Shown: positions 24,657 to 35,924 of the stretch, piece after piece | How the letters are laid out: each line of letters opens with the position of its first letter | Numbering within the stretch: position 1 is the first letter of the stretch | Assembly: GCA_973895155.1 (NCBI GenBank) | Contig: OZ316891.1 | Coordinates: 19,555,048 to 19,619,047, forward strand | Length of the DNA: 64,000 bases | Direction of reading: 5' to 3' | Source of the DNA: Marsupella aquatica | Taxonomy: Eukaryota; Plantae; Marchantiophyta | The notes under the pieces: model-generated | The model's database searches: none | Seen by the model: the letters and a program-made list of their open reading frames with translations, nothing else | Told to the model about the DNA's origin: nothing | Made by a program: the position numbers and the translations under genes

Positions 24657-25074
24657 CTGTCTTCCCCCGAACCGCCCGGGCGTTGTGTTCGAAAATGGAT
24701 TTTTCCAGGTCACCATGAGAAAAAGTATTTTTCCTTCAAACACAACATCGTTTTAACACAACGCCAGGGGCGTTGTGTTTGAATATTGGCATTGTGTTCG
24801 AGTTAGACACTGTGTTCGAGATTTGACCCCAAACTATTCTACACTAAGCACAAATAAAAAAAATTCAAGAATCATATATCAATGCCAATATTCAAACATA
24901 ACGTCAATATTCAAACACAACGCCCATTTTCAAACACAACGCCCTACAAATACAAAAAATGAAAACACATAGTCAAAACTTAAATACAACACCCCGGGCG
25001 CACTATTTGAATAGAGCGCCCCATGGTCCACTATTCGAATACAAGGCCATGGCGTTGTGTTCGGGGGAAGACGG
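24657..25074. mobile_element. 418-bp Tc1/mariner(pogo)-type MITE
   Basis: TA TSD at 24655-56 and 25075-76. TIR ctgtcttcccccgaac / gttcgggggaagacgg. Internal ggcgttgtgtt(c/t)gaa repeats. Confidence 0.8.
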
Positions 25075-25399
25075 TAGCTCTTCATTAAAAATTTGTTTTT
25101 CTGGAAGTGTCAGATCAATCCATACCCCTTTTAATCTCAATTTTCTCTGCCCAAGCTACCCCGTAGCCTACCCTAACCTGACCAAGATAAACAATTAATT
25201 GAATATTAATTAAAAACTAATTATTAGCTTTAAAATTTTTTGAGTGTAAATACCATATATAACACATTTATTTTTCTATCACTTTGCTATGCTTGGACTC
25301 TATGTTATGGTGATCGTTATCTCGCTCTCCAATTTCTAGGTGCAATACACAGGTTGTTGAGCACCACTACAATAACTTTACCTTGCCTTGACATAAGTT

Positions 25400-26210
25400 T
25401 CTCATCTCACCATTTTTTCTCACATTGACATCTTTCCTTCACCCTCAACATACTTTCTTTAATTGACATCTTTTTCTCACCTCGCCATGTTTTCTCTCGT
25501 TGACATATTTTTTCACCTTGACTTCTTTTCCTCCACTCAACATCTCTTTTTCTCATTGACATCTTTCTTCACCTCAACATCTGATCTTTTTCTCACCTCC
25601 ACATTTTTAGTTCATTGCAACATCTTTTCCTCATCTTTACATATTTTTCTCACCTCGCCATAGCCATCTTTTCTCTCCATGACATATATTTTCTCAACTT
25701 GACATCTTTTTTTTTCATCGACATCTTTGTTCACCTCAACATCTTTTTCTCACCACGCCATCTTTCTGCAATTTTTGTCTTAACGACATCTTTTCAACTC
25801 AACTACATCTTGGCAACATGACTTCTCTTTACTTAAGGACATCTTCGGTGCCATGACATTTTTTTTCTTAACAATATCTTGGCTCACACAATATTATTTT
25901 TCTTAATAACACCTTGGGCGACAAGACATCTTTTTCACAACATCTTGGGGGCCACAACATCTTGGGTGACACAATCATTTTTCTTAATGACACCTTGGGC
26001 GACACACCATCATTTTCCTTCACGACATTTTGGGGTGACATGACATTTTTTTCTTAATGACATCTTTTATTCTTAATGACATCTTGGGCGACACGATATC
26101 TTTTTTCTTAACAACATCTTGGGCGACATAAGATCTTTTTTCCTTAACAACATCTTAGGCAATATAACATCATTTTTCTTAACAACATCTTGGGCAACAC
26201 GCCATCTTTT
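25400..26210. repeat. Degenerate minisatellite (gacatctttttct and acatcttgggcgacac units)
   Basis: Visible tandem units of ~15-40 bp; the array continues at 34070-34245. Confidence 0.85.
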
Positions 26211-26392
26211 TCGTTCCTCCCCGCTCCTTTGTTGTCTATTTAGCACCCTCTACCGCGGCAGTTGTATGTGAGCCTTTTGTCATCCATCTTACAAGGCATC
26301 CAGGGATATCCATTGCGGCTACCCCAAAATTTGGTATAGGACTAGATATGAGTATTAAATTACTCGGTCTACCCCCGGGGTCCTCACTTATT

Positions 26393-26737
26393 TGTAGAGC
26401 AAAGACGACAATCGCAACGGCAAGCCCATGAACCATCCAACGCACAATAGTCAACACAGAGAGATACGTGGTTCACCTCCACATGAGGCTACGTCCACGG
26501 GAACACACGAGAGCTTTACTGCACTCTAGGCCGACTGGCCATACCAAGCATCCATATCGCAAGCTCTCCCTATCTCTCAACTAGCTCCGTAACAATGAGC
26601 CTAAGTTCCCACTCTCCAAGCAAACACCGCTTGGTTATAGAGTGTGCACAGCATGACTAACCTAACCAAGTCTGCAACTAAGGTTAGCCTTAACTACAGT
26701 ACAGTCGTAACTCTAGACCTAAGAGTAAATCCTAACA
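26393..26737 (-). repeat. 3' LTR of Copia-2
   Basis: TG...CA direct repeat of 33109-33452. Confidence 0.95.
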
Positions 26738-26928
26738 ATCTCCCCCTTGACTCTGGTCTAGGGGAGGGTAAAGACTGCTACCAATATGATTGCTTAGCAG
26801 GAAGTTCTGGAAAGGAAAACCAAATCGGTTTTCCCCTCTTTATACGAGAGTAGACCATAACTAAGTCGTAGCCTATACAAGGAATGAGCAAGAGCATATC
26901 TTAGTATCTACACAAATGTTAAGTAACC

Positions 26929-29900
26929 CTACCTGTGAGGCATTTGCAAAACCTGCAACGCATCACGGTGTCTAGAAAAACTCTCCAAAGGAATCACTTT
27001 GGTAAAAGCGTCAGCCGGGTTGAGTTTACCGTCAATCTTGACTAGCTCAAACATATTATCAGACACAGCTTGTCTGATAAAATGGTACCTGACGTCAATG
27101 TGCTTCATTCTACTGTCCATCACCTGGTTCACAGCAAGGTGGAGCGCACTCTGACTATCACAATGGAGCTTCACATTCCCCTATGGCAATCCCATCTCAG
27201 TGATCAGTCTATCCAACCAAATCGCTTCCTTCGCTGCTTCCGCTGCTGCAACATACTCCGCTTCTGTAGTAGACTGAGCAATACACTTCTGCAAAGTAGA
27301 CCTCCAACTTATGCATCCACCTCCCAGTGTGAACACATAACCTGTTGTTGACCTCCTCCGATCCAGATCCTGTGCATAGTCAGCATCTACATAGCCCATC
27401 AATGATCTAGCATTATCAGCATGTGCATCAAACAATAGACCATGATCCACGGTACCCTTCAAATACCGAATAATCCACTTCATTGCTTCCCAGTGTACCT
27501 TCCTTGGATTCGACATGTACCTGATCACCTTGCCCATAGCCATGGCAAGATCAGGTCTAGTGCAAGTCATCAAATACATGAGACTCCCCACTGCCTTGTC
27601 ATACGGAACCTTTGACATCAACCCCTTCTCAGTGTCATCCGTAGGACAGAATGCTGATGATAACTTGAAGTGTGGAGCCAACGGGGTACTTACTGGCTTG
27701 CTATCCCCCATGTTGAACCTTGCAATTACCTTCCTCGCATAACTGCTCTGCATCAACCATAGCTTGCCAGCCTCTAAGTCCCTAGTGATCTCCATACCCA
27801 AAATCCTCTTAGCTGGCCCTAAGTCCTTCATCTTAAACTTTGCACTTAGCAGTGCCTTGAGCTTAACAATCTCATACCTATTCTTGGCCGCAATAAAGGG
27901 TATGGCACGCGTGACAGTAAATAGGAAACAAGTTTATTGGTACCAGCAAAAATTTTCTTGTTACCAGCAAAAAGTTACTATTACCAGGAAAAATAACCAT
28001 GTTAAAATATTTTCTAAAAAGTCACATTTTCCAAAAAAATTTAAATTGCAAAGTTTTTTGGCTAGCATTGGGCGCTGGCAAAAAAAATGAAAAATTTGAA
28101 GGAAATAAAAACTTTTTTTTTCCAAAAAAAAATTCAAAAAAAATTATCACTCGTTTTTTTGTTACCAGTTTCTGTTTCCTTTTACTGTTTGCTGTTTCCT
28201 GTCGTTTGTAAATACCCTGCAATAAGCATGTCATCCACATAAAGTACTAAAACAATGAACCCAAAAATAGTATTTTTCACCGATTTAAGATACACACATG
28301 GGTCAAACACACTCTTGTGAAAGCCTTGCACGAATCCAATCATCAAACCGCTTATTCCACTGTCTTGGTGACTGCTTCAACCCGTACAAGGATCTCAACA
28401 ATCTGCAAACCAAATCCTCTTGCCCTTTCTTCACAAAACCTAGCGGCTGTCTCATGAAGATCACCTCTTCCAAGGTGCCATAGAGGAAAGTTGTGACAAC
28501 ATCCATCTGATCTAGCAGCAGACCAAACATAACAACAAGCACACACAATAGCCATATTGTTGAGTACTTAGCAACTGGTGAGAAGACCTCATTGTAATCC
28601 ACACCTTTTCCTTGTGTGAATCCCTTGGCTACCAACCTAGCCTTGTAGACCTTCGATCCACCTCCTGTGGACTGATCCTTTAGCTTGTATATCCACTTGC
28701 TGTCCACCACTTGCTGTCCCTCAGGCAGCTTGACAAGCTCCCAAGTTTTGTTGTCCTTCAGTGACTGCATCTCTGTTTGCATTGCTGCAGTCCACTCCTG
28801 CTTCTCCTTTGAAGCACTTGCTTCATGAAATGAAGAAGGTTCTCCTTCTTCCAAAATCAACGCATCACCCTCATCATCAGTAACAAAATCCTCCTCTTGC
28901 AACTGAGATGAATCAACCCACTGTCCATACCTCGGTGGAGTGCGTACAGTGCGGCCAGATGTTCTTCTAGCCGATGACTCCGGTTGATCTGCGTGTGCTG
29001 GTACAATTTGAAGCTCAGCAATATCCACTTGTTGCTCACCAACATCAACAAACTCCTCTGGTTCCTCTGGCATAGGAACCAACTCCATAATTGGAGCAAC
29101 TTCTTCTCTCCGGTTATGCACCTCATGACCAATCTCCCCCTCAACGAGATCCGGGATAGGAGATTTTCCTTTGTCAGTACGGAGACCTGAGTATTCTCCC
29201 TCTCCTTCAATAATCTGGATTCATTGAAGAAAATATCCCTACTGACAACAAGCTTAGAGGCAATAGGATCCCATAGCCTATAGGCTTTCACACCACTCTG
29301 GTACCCAAGAAAAAAACATTTATTGGAGGTAGGATCCAACTTGGTCCTAATCTGCTTTGGTGTGAGAGCATATGCATCACTTCCAAAAACTACCAAGATA
29401 TGATAGTCTATTTGCCGCTTATAGTGCATCTCAAACGGCGTTTTGAAATTGATAGCACTAGAAGGAGAAAGATTTATCAAATAAGCTGCGGTATTGACAA
29501 CTTCTGCCCAAAATTCTTGTGGTAAACCTGATTGGCTCAACATACTCCGTGACCGCTCCAATAGTGTTTGATTGAGCCTCTCAACGACACCATTTTGTTG
29601 CGGAGTATAAATTGTGGTGAGATAGCGAGTTATCCCTTGTTCTGAACAATACTCTTCAAATTCCACTGAAGTGTACTCCCCGTCGTTGTCTGACCTCGGA
29701 TATTTCACCTTTGTATCCAAACACTTGACCGTGTTTCCAGTCTGATTCTCCACCTGGGCCTTCCACTTCTTAAAAATGGACAAGACATCAGACTTATGCA
29801 TCATAAAATAAATCCACACAAATCTTGAGTAATCATCAATAAATGATACATAGTACAACTTTCCAGAGGGTGAGGGTGTCGGGGATGGACCCCACACGTC

Positions 29901-31374
29901 ACTATGTATATACTCAAGAACCGCTTTGGAATGATGAGTTCCAACATCGAAAGCACGACGATGCTACTTTCCAAGAATGCAGTGCTCACAGAACTCTAAT
30001 TTACAAGATTACAAATCATAAATGAGTCCATTCTTCCGTAAGATAACCAAACCCTTCTCACTCATGTGGCCTAGCCGTGAATGCCACAATTGAGTCATCC
30101 CCTCGTGAGACTTGGTTACATTGGCCTCTCCACATACAGTATTGCCCTGCAACACATACAAATTCTTCTGTCTGCTCCCCTTCAAAATCACTGTCTCTCC
30201 CGACCTGACTTGAAGTTCACCATCAACAACGCTTCATTGATGACCATTTGAATCCAGCACACGGAGTGAAATCAAATTCTTACGCATGCTAGGTACATAC
30301 CTGACTCCGGACACTATGCGTACAGCGCCATCAAACATTTGAATCTTCATAGACCCAATACCCTCAATTTGACAGGAGTGATCATTTTCCATCAGAACTG
30401 AACCGTTTGAAACATAGTAAGAACTGAAAAACTCACGAATGTAACAAATGTGAAAAGAGCAAGCACAATCAAGAATCCACACATCATTTGATCTCCTAGA
30501 TGACGTGCACAGGGCATACCCCTGGCTTCATAATACATACTTATCATTGAGTAAATCAGCATCTCCATCAGCCCTAGCCACATTTGTCGATGAAGATTCA
30601 GCTGTCTTTCCCTGATGAAGTGTCCAACCTGGTTGCACTTTCAACATGTCACCTGCCTTCTCCGAGGGGATTTGCCCCTGGACTTAGATATGGATTTAGA
30701 TCTAAATTGGGTTCTACGGTCTCCAGTTGGTCGCTGCACACTCCTCCCACGGTTAACATTGAGGGCAGCACCAGAGGATGAAGGCTGTGACGTGATGTGC
30801 ATCTTCTGTTGAAGATCATCACTAAGCAGAGAACTTACCACGTCATTGTATGAAATGGTATCCTATCATGATGCAACAACATTCGTGATAGGGACTGGTA
30901 AGATGGAGGCAATGAACTGAGAAGCTGCAAAGCCTTCGTCTCATCATTCAAAGTCTCCCCAAGGTTTTCCAAGTCAACGACCATATCGTTGAAAGCATCC
31001 ACATTGTCCTGCAATTTCATACCGGATTCCTTCATCCTGAAACTCATCAGTTTGTAGGAAGTATAGAGCCGGTTCGACAACTCCTTGCGGTGATACTTGC
31101 TCTGCAATTCCGTAAACAAGGACATGCAATCCTTATGTGCACCCAACTGCTTGATGATGGGAGGCATGAGATAGAGTGTAATACACCACACTCCCTGCTC
31201 CTGCATGCGGTCCCATTGTTTCTCATCAACATCGTCTTCACGAGGGCTCATTAGTTGGCCCATCCCTGACGCATAGAGCACTCCCTTCACCTGCTTTTCC
31301 CAGAGCAAGTAGTCAGAGCGCCCATCATACTTTGTCACTTCATACTTGGGTCCCCCAAGCTTGAATGTCCCCAT
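26929..31374 (-). pseudogene. Copia gag-pol polyprotein with frameshifts and stops
   Basis: gag (KYDGRSDYLLW, LLSSLPPSY), protease WILDCACSFHI, LWHSRLGHMS, integrase PQQNGVVER, RT SLYGLKQSPRQW, RNase H KHIDVRYHFIR. Confidence 0.92.
27897..28218. mobile_element. ~320-bp AT-rich MITE in the Copia-2 RT
   Basis: Duplication GCAATAA at 27890-96 and 28219-25. Ends agggtat / ataccct with imperfect subterminal inverted repeats. It interrupts the VDDMLIAAK codons. Confidence 0.8.
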
Positions 31375-33108
31375 CTTCTTCTTTGGTACTACCGTGAGCT
31401 CCGGTAGTAGAACAACTTCCTCCACCACACGCCGCACCGGTGACGGTACCGGTGTCACGTGCTCTTCCTCCTGATCCTCTCTCTGCCCCTCAAACTGTCA
31501 CGGTGATCCTCGTGCTTCAAGTTCCACGTCTTCGAAAAACTCCTCCGAATCACTCATATGAAAAAATCACAAAAAAATGTCATTTTTCACAACTTCTCAA
31601 AACACTCAAAACTAAACACCGCTGCGTAGCCCACAAAGCTAGGAGTCCAACACTGAAAACTAAAATCAAAATCAAAATTCGACGGAAAAGTTATTCAAAT
31701 TTTGGTTGGGGTGGGTAAAACCTTGGGAAACTCCCCCGTTTTGACCACCTCAGGGAATAACCAAAATGCCAAGTACAACCCGTCGTCGGAATCACAATTT
31801 GATTGGTACACTGCGTTGCTAACTTCAATGACTACGACCTCACCAAAAAAGAACTGAAAAAATTTCCGTTCGGCACACGGAATCTTTGTCGGACGGCCAA
31901 AAAATAGCTCTCTGTTTTTCAGGAATATTCTCTATATAGTACCACAGGGCTCATAGGGGGCCGTTCCCCCTGTCCAAGCGGTTAAATCGAAGGGTGGCAG
32001 GTCCCGGCACAAGGCAGAACCAATAAGGAGGGAGGAGGGATTAAATAAAACCGGGCCCAAAAGGGGTTTTAAGGCCCCTTAAGAAAAAATGCACGTATCA
32101 AGGGCCGGGCCGGGGTCGCGCAGGGGTGTACGAAGGGCGCGGGGAACGAAGCGGCTGCATATGCAGCCGTGAGTACACTAAGGATTGGGCATACGATGAC
32201 GAGACGGGGCCGCGGTAGTGACCGACATGGTATGGCGGAGGGCGTACGAGCGCGCAAAAAGCGCCGGCCGGCGCTGCGCAGCTCGTCGCCACGGCTGCAA
32301 ACCGGAGAGAAAACGAGGGTACAAGGGGCTGGCCAATACTGTGTGTGTATACACACATAGTATACACCCAACTAGGGTGTTTAAAGCCCCTTTAAAAACA
32401 AAAAAGGATTCCAAAGAGAACTGTGTCGATAACACACCTTTGCCGCTGCCGTTTACATGAGAAAAATGAATGTCACCGACGGAAAAAGTTGCCGAATTGC
32501 ACCGGCACACTCTGCTGCTCCAGCAAAGGAAAAACTTTTATCACGTCGCCATCACTCTGCGTCAAGTGCCAATCCCAGACTCAAAATGACCGCCTCGCCG
32601 CGATCTCACCGTTGAGCCGTAGCACTTCGCGTTTCTTCCTCCGAGTCGGACGTCACGATGAGAAACCCGGTTCAGATGGGAACAAGCTCCATAGCTTGTG
32701 AAAAAACTTGAACGCTTCCTTCACTCGTCACGACGCACTCAGTAACCACTCGGCAGCAACTCAACTACCGAAACGATCAGCTCTCCTTAACCTCCAACTT
32801 GAGCTATAACATGTGACGCCTCTAGCACTGCACAGCTCACACCGTTGAAAACACGAGCTTTGGTCTCTCCCTCGAAAAACCATCGAACACGAATAAATCC
32901 AGAACGACGCAAACTCTTATTCCTCCGCACCACGGATACCAACCAGTGAGTTCTATACACCGATAGAAAGCCCTCTCACTAATCTACCCGCTCAGCCACA
33001 CACATTTGAGTTTCATGCGACGAAACTCCGAATGCAACACCAACACTGAACGTTGGAAAACCATCACGAAAAAACCTCGTCACCTCCCAGGCATGCTCTG
33101 ATACCAAT

Positions 33109-33452
33109 TGTAGAGCAAAGATGACAATCGCAACAGCAAGCCCATGAACCATCCAACGCACAATAGTCAACACAGAGAGATACGTGGTTCACCTCCACAT
33201 GAGGCTACGTCCACGGGAACACACGAGAGCTTTACTGCACTCTAGGCCGACTGGCCATACCAAGCATCCACAGCACAAGCTCTCCCTATCTCTCAACTAG
33301 CTCTGTAACAATGAACCTGAGTTCCCACTCTCCAAGCAAACACCGCTTGGTTATAGAGTGTGCACAGCATGACTAACCTAACCAAGTCTGCAACTAGGTT
33401 AGCCTTAACTACGGTACAGTCGTAACTCTAGACCTAAGAGTAAATCCTAACA
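33109..33452 (-). repeat. 5' LTR of Copia-2
   Basis: TG...CA direct repeat of 26393-26737; PBS adjacent. Confidence 0.95.
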
Positions 33453-34069
33453 TTATTTCCTCTCTACCATCATGCAAAACTAAGTATAGGGTTTGTTTAT
33501 TGGGTTGAGAAGAATACTTTTAAATTTCTATAGAAGAACATTAAGGTTTTTTAAATCCAATTTTGAGAATTATAAGAGAAGATAGGGTTTCAAAAATGAT
33601 TTTTGGGAATATTTTTAGAATATTCCAAACAGATAGGGGTAGAAAAAATGTCGAGCGTGTTATGAGACCCCCGTTAGAGTGAGGCCCCCGAGGGTCTACC
33701 CCAATCTCGTACAAAACTCCAGCGGATTGCACTACGCGTGTTTTGTTGAAGAAACTGAATAAATCCTAGTAAAACTTTTTGGGGTCTAGAGGATTTGACA
33801 CATCATTGACATGTTCCAAAATGCCGTAGCCGGGGGGGGGGGGAATGGAAAATATAGATTTTTACTTATATTTATTTGCCCTTTCTTTGCCTGACGGGTA
33901 GCTCGCGTAAGAACTGATGCTGGCCTTGCCTTTTTTTCTGTGAATCAGCAAGCAGAATTGGCGAGCAGCTCTATGAGTTGCTTTTTCATAAAGGTTTCAT
34001 CAATTTTGTCAAATTGGTGGTGCAAAGCTTCTTAGCAACTCATCAATCATAAAAAAGGGAGGGGCGATT

Positions 34070-34245
34070 CTTGATGACATCTTGGGCGACACAACAACTT
34101 TTTTTCTTTAAGAACATCTTGGGTGATAGGACATCGTTTTGTTTTTAACAACATCTTAGGTGACATGAGATCTTTTTCTTAATGACATCTTTTTTCTTAA
34201 CGACATCTTGGGCGCCACAATATCGTTTTGTTTAACGACATCTTT
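34070..34245. repeat. Continuation of the 25.4-26.2 kb minisatellite
   Basis: Same acatcttgggcgacac units. Confidence 0.85.
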
Positions 34246-35608
34246 TGTGCAACGCACGGGTATTGAGCTAATAAGATATAGGAAGATGACAGATAGGTTT
34301 TAGTACAATACACTATGTAGATTATGATCTGTTGCAAGTCAACTCAGCCACACTTGCCATGAGAAACATCAGAAACAATGTACACCTTGATTCTGCCTAG
34401 GAGAGACATTTCAGATGTATTTTCTCAATTTTCAAGCTTTGAGGGTGTGTAGTGAATGTTAGATAAGTGTATGAAAGAATTACACTTATCAGGATTCTGA
34501 TAACTAAGTGCAAAGTACTCATTAGCTGGAAGTTACCAATACCTGCACTAATTTTCATTATTGCACTCTATCAATTGGTAAGTACAATATGGTAGATACT
34601 TGTTCCAAAACTGAAAGGGTGAATGACGCAGGTGAAGATTGCTTGAAAACTCATGTATTATATCCCCTTGGATCCCACTCGTAGATGATGCTCGCTTGCC
34701 CATTTCCAATTGATAAGAGAGTGTGACCTTCAATTTTTTCCAAAAGTGTAGTGTTTTGTGAGCAATGGGCTTTGGTGAACCCCCACCTTGAGATGGGGTT
34801 TCACCACAAACTGGCCGACCTTCAAAGCTAGAACTTGGAACTTCACTGGCCACAACGAAAACTGTTACAGTTAGGCTACGCCTGATGGGCGACTAAAATT
34901 GAGCAAACTTTGCACTTATGTAAGTGCTTAGGCAGCATTCCTGAATTGCGAAGTGTGAATGGATACAGCCTCATGTGAACATGTACAGCAGACTGTGTCT
35001 AAGTGCAGGCTCCCGGGACTACACCATAAGCCAGCACTCATCCATGGAATGCACTATGCTATAAGTGCACAGGGATATCATTCATTTCATACACTAATAT
35101 GGTCTGTGCTACCTAATAAGTGCATGGGAAATCATTCCTGCATTTCCGCATTGTGTTGTCAAGTCAAACACACTGGATTCCTCATTCCCAGAGCCTTCAT
35201 ATTGCACAATTCAACCTGATAAGTGTATGAAATAGCTTCATGTATGCTGTGCGTATCAATAAACACTTCTTATGTATGCATTGTTGTAATTGATAAATGT
35301 ATCAGTATACTTATAAACAGACATGCAGTTGTCTTTAAGTGCCTATATTTTGTCGAATAGTGAGGGTCAACCTGCACTTAGGCAAACGACATGTTTTGGT
35401 ACAGTTACAAAGGAAATTGCTGTGATCTTAGTTAGGGGACTACATGGATGGCCTGCACTTATCCATGTTGCACTTAGACACGAATCACTGCATCTCATGT
35501 TTTGGCACTCTGGGCAAAGAGGGGGAGAGTTGAATGGTGGGACCCAGTGGGTACAATGGAGTTTTCCGAAGTTCTTCCAAAATACGAATAACCACCTTCA
35601 CCCCAGAT

Positions 35609-35623
35609 TAGGGTTTAGGGTTT
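35609..35623. promoter_or_regulatory. Tandem telo-boxes (AAACCCTA on -) upstream of PUR4, with a GGCCCA site-II-like motif near 35703
   Basis: tagggtttagggttt about 300 bp upstream of the ATG. The telo-box plus site II pairing is known from plant growth and housekeeping promoters. Confidence 0.45.
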
Positions 35624-35924
35624 AGAGGGTCATCTCCAGTCGAAGTCGAAGAACAAACACTGATTGCTCTTCCTGAGTCTCAATTAGCCGGTGCATTTCG
35701 CCGGCCCACGGATCGATTTCTGCATTTCTGCAACTCTTCGAACCTCTCTTCTCTTCTCTTCTCTTCAATTGAATTCAATTTGGCTCAGCTCAGTTAGCTT
35801 ACTGCATAGCTCTCGAACTTCTCCGCAAATTGCCGCAACCTCTCCATTCGAAACTCCACGTCCTTTCGAGCTCGGACTGAAATTCTGCAGCTGCTGGCTC
35901 GGAACTTCTGGTGTAGCACAAGCC

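Larger units (their letters stand above)
26393..33452 (-). mobile_element. Full-length Ty1/copia LTR retrotransposon (Copia-2), degenerate
   Basis: LTRs at 26393-26737 and 33109-33452 (about 9 substitutions and 1 indel by eye). TSD TTATT. tRNA-iMet PBS at 33095-33106; PPT next to 26737. gag-PR-IN-RT-RH fragments. Confidence 0.95.
26374..33692. mobile_element. MITE of the same family as 895-1205, split by Copia-2
   Basis: Exact 8-bp TSD GGTCTACC at 26366-26373 and 33693-33700. Ends cccggggtcctcac / gtgaggcccccgag. 33480-33630 aligns with the reverse complement of 1020-1160. Confidence 0.75.
25400..34271 (+). mobile_element. Probable non-autonomous Helitron made of minisatellite sequence, split by nested insertions (5' end not located)
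   Basis: 3' terminus gtgcaacgcacggg-tattgag-CTAA|T (34247-34272) fits the plant Helitron hairpin + CTRR end. The same acatcttgggcgacac minisatellite lies on both sides of the nest. Confidence 0.5.

Noticed and set aside
25800-26210. CRISPR-like periodic repeats
   Set aside because: Units are degenerate, the intervening sequences are themselves repetitive rather than unique spacers, there are no cas genes, and the context is eukaryotic.
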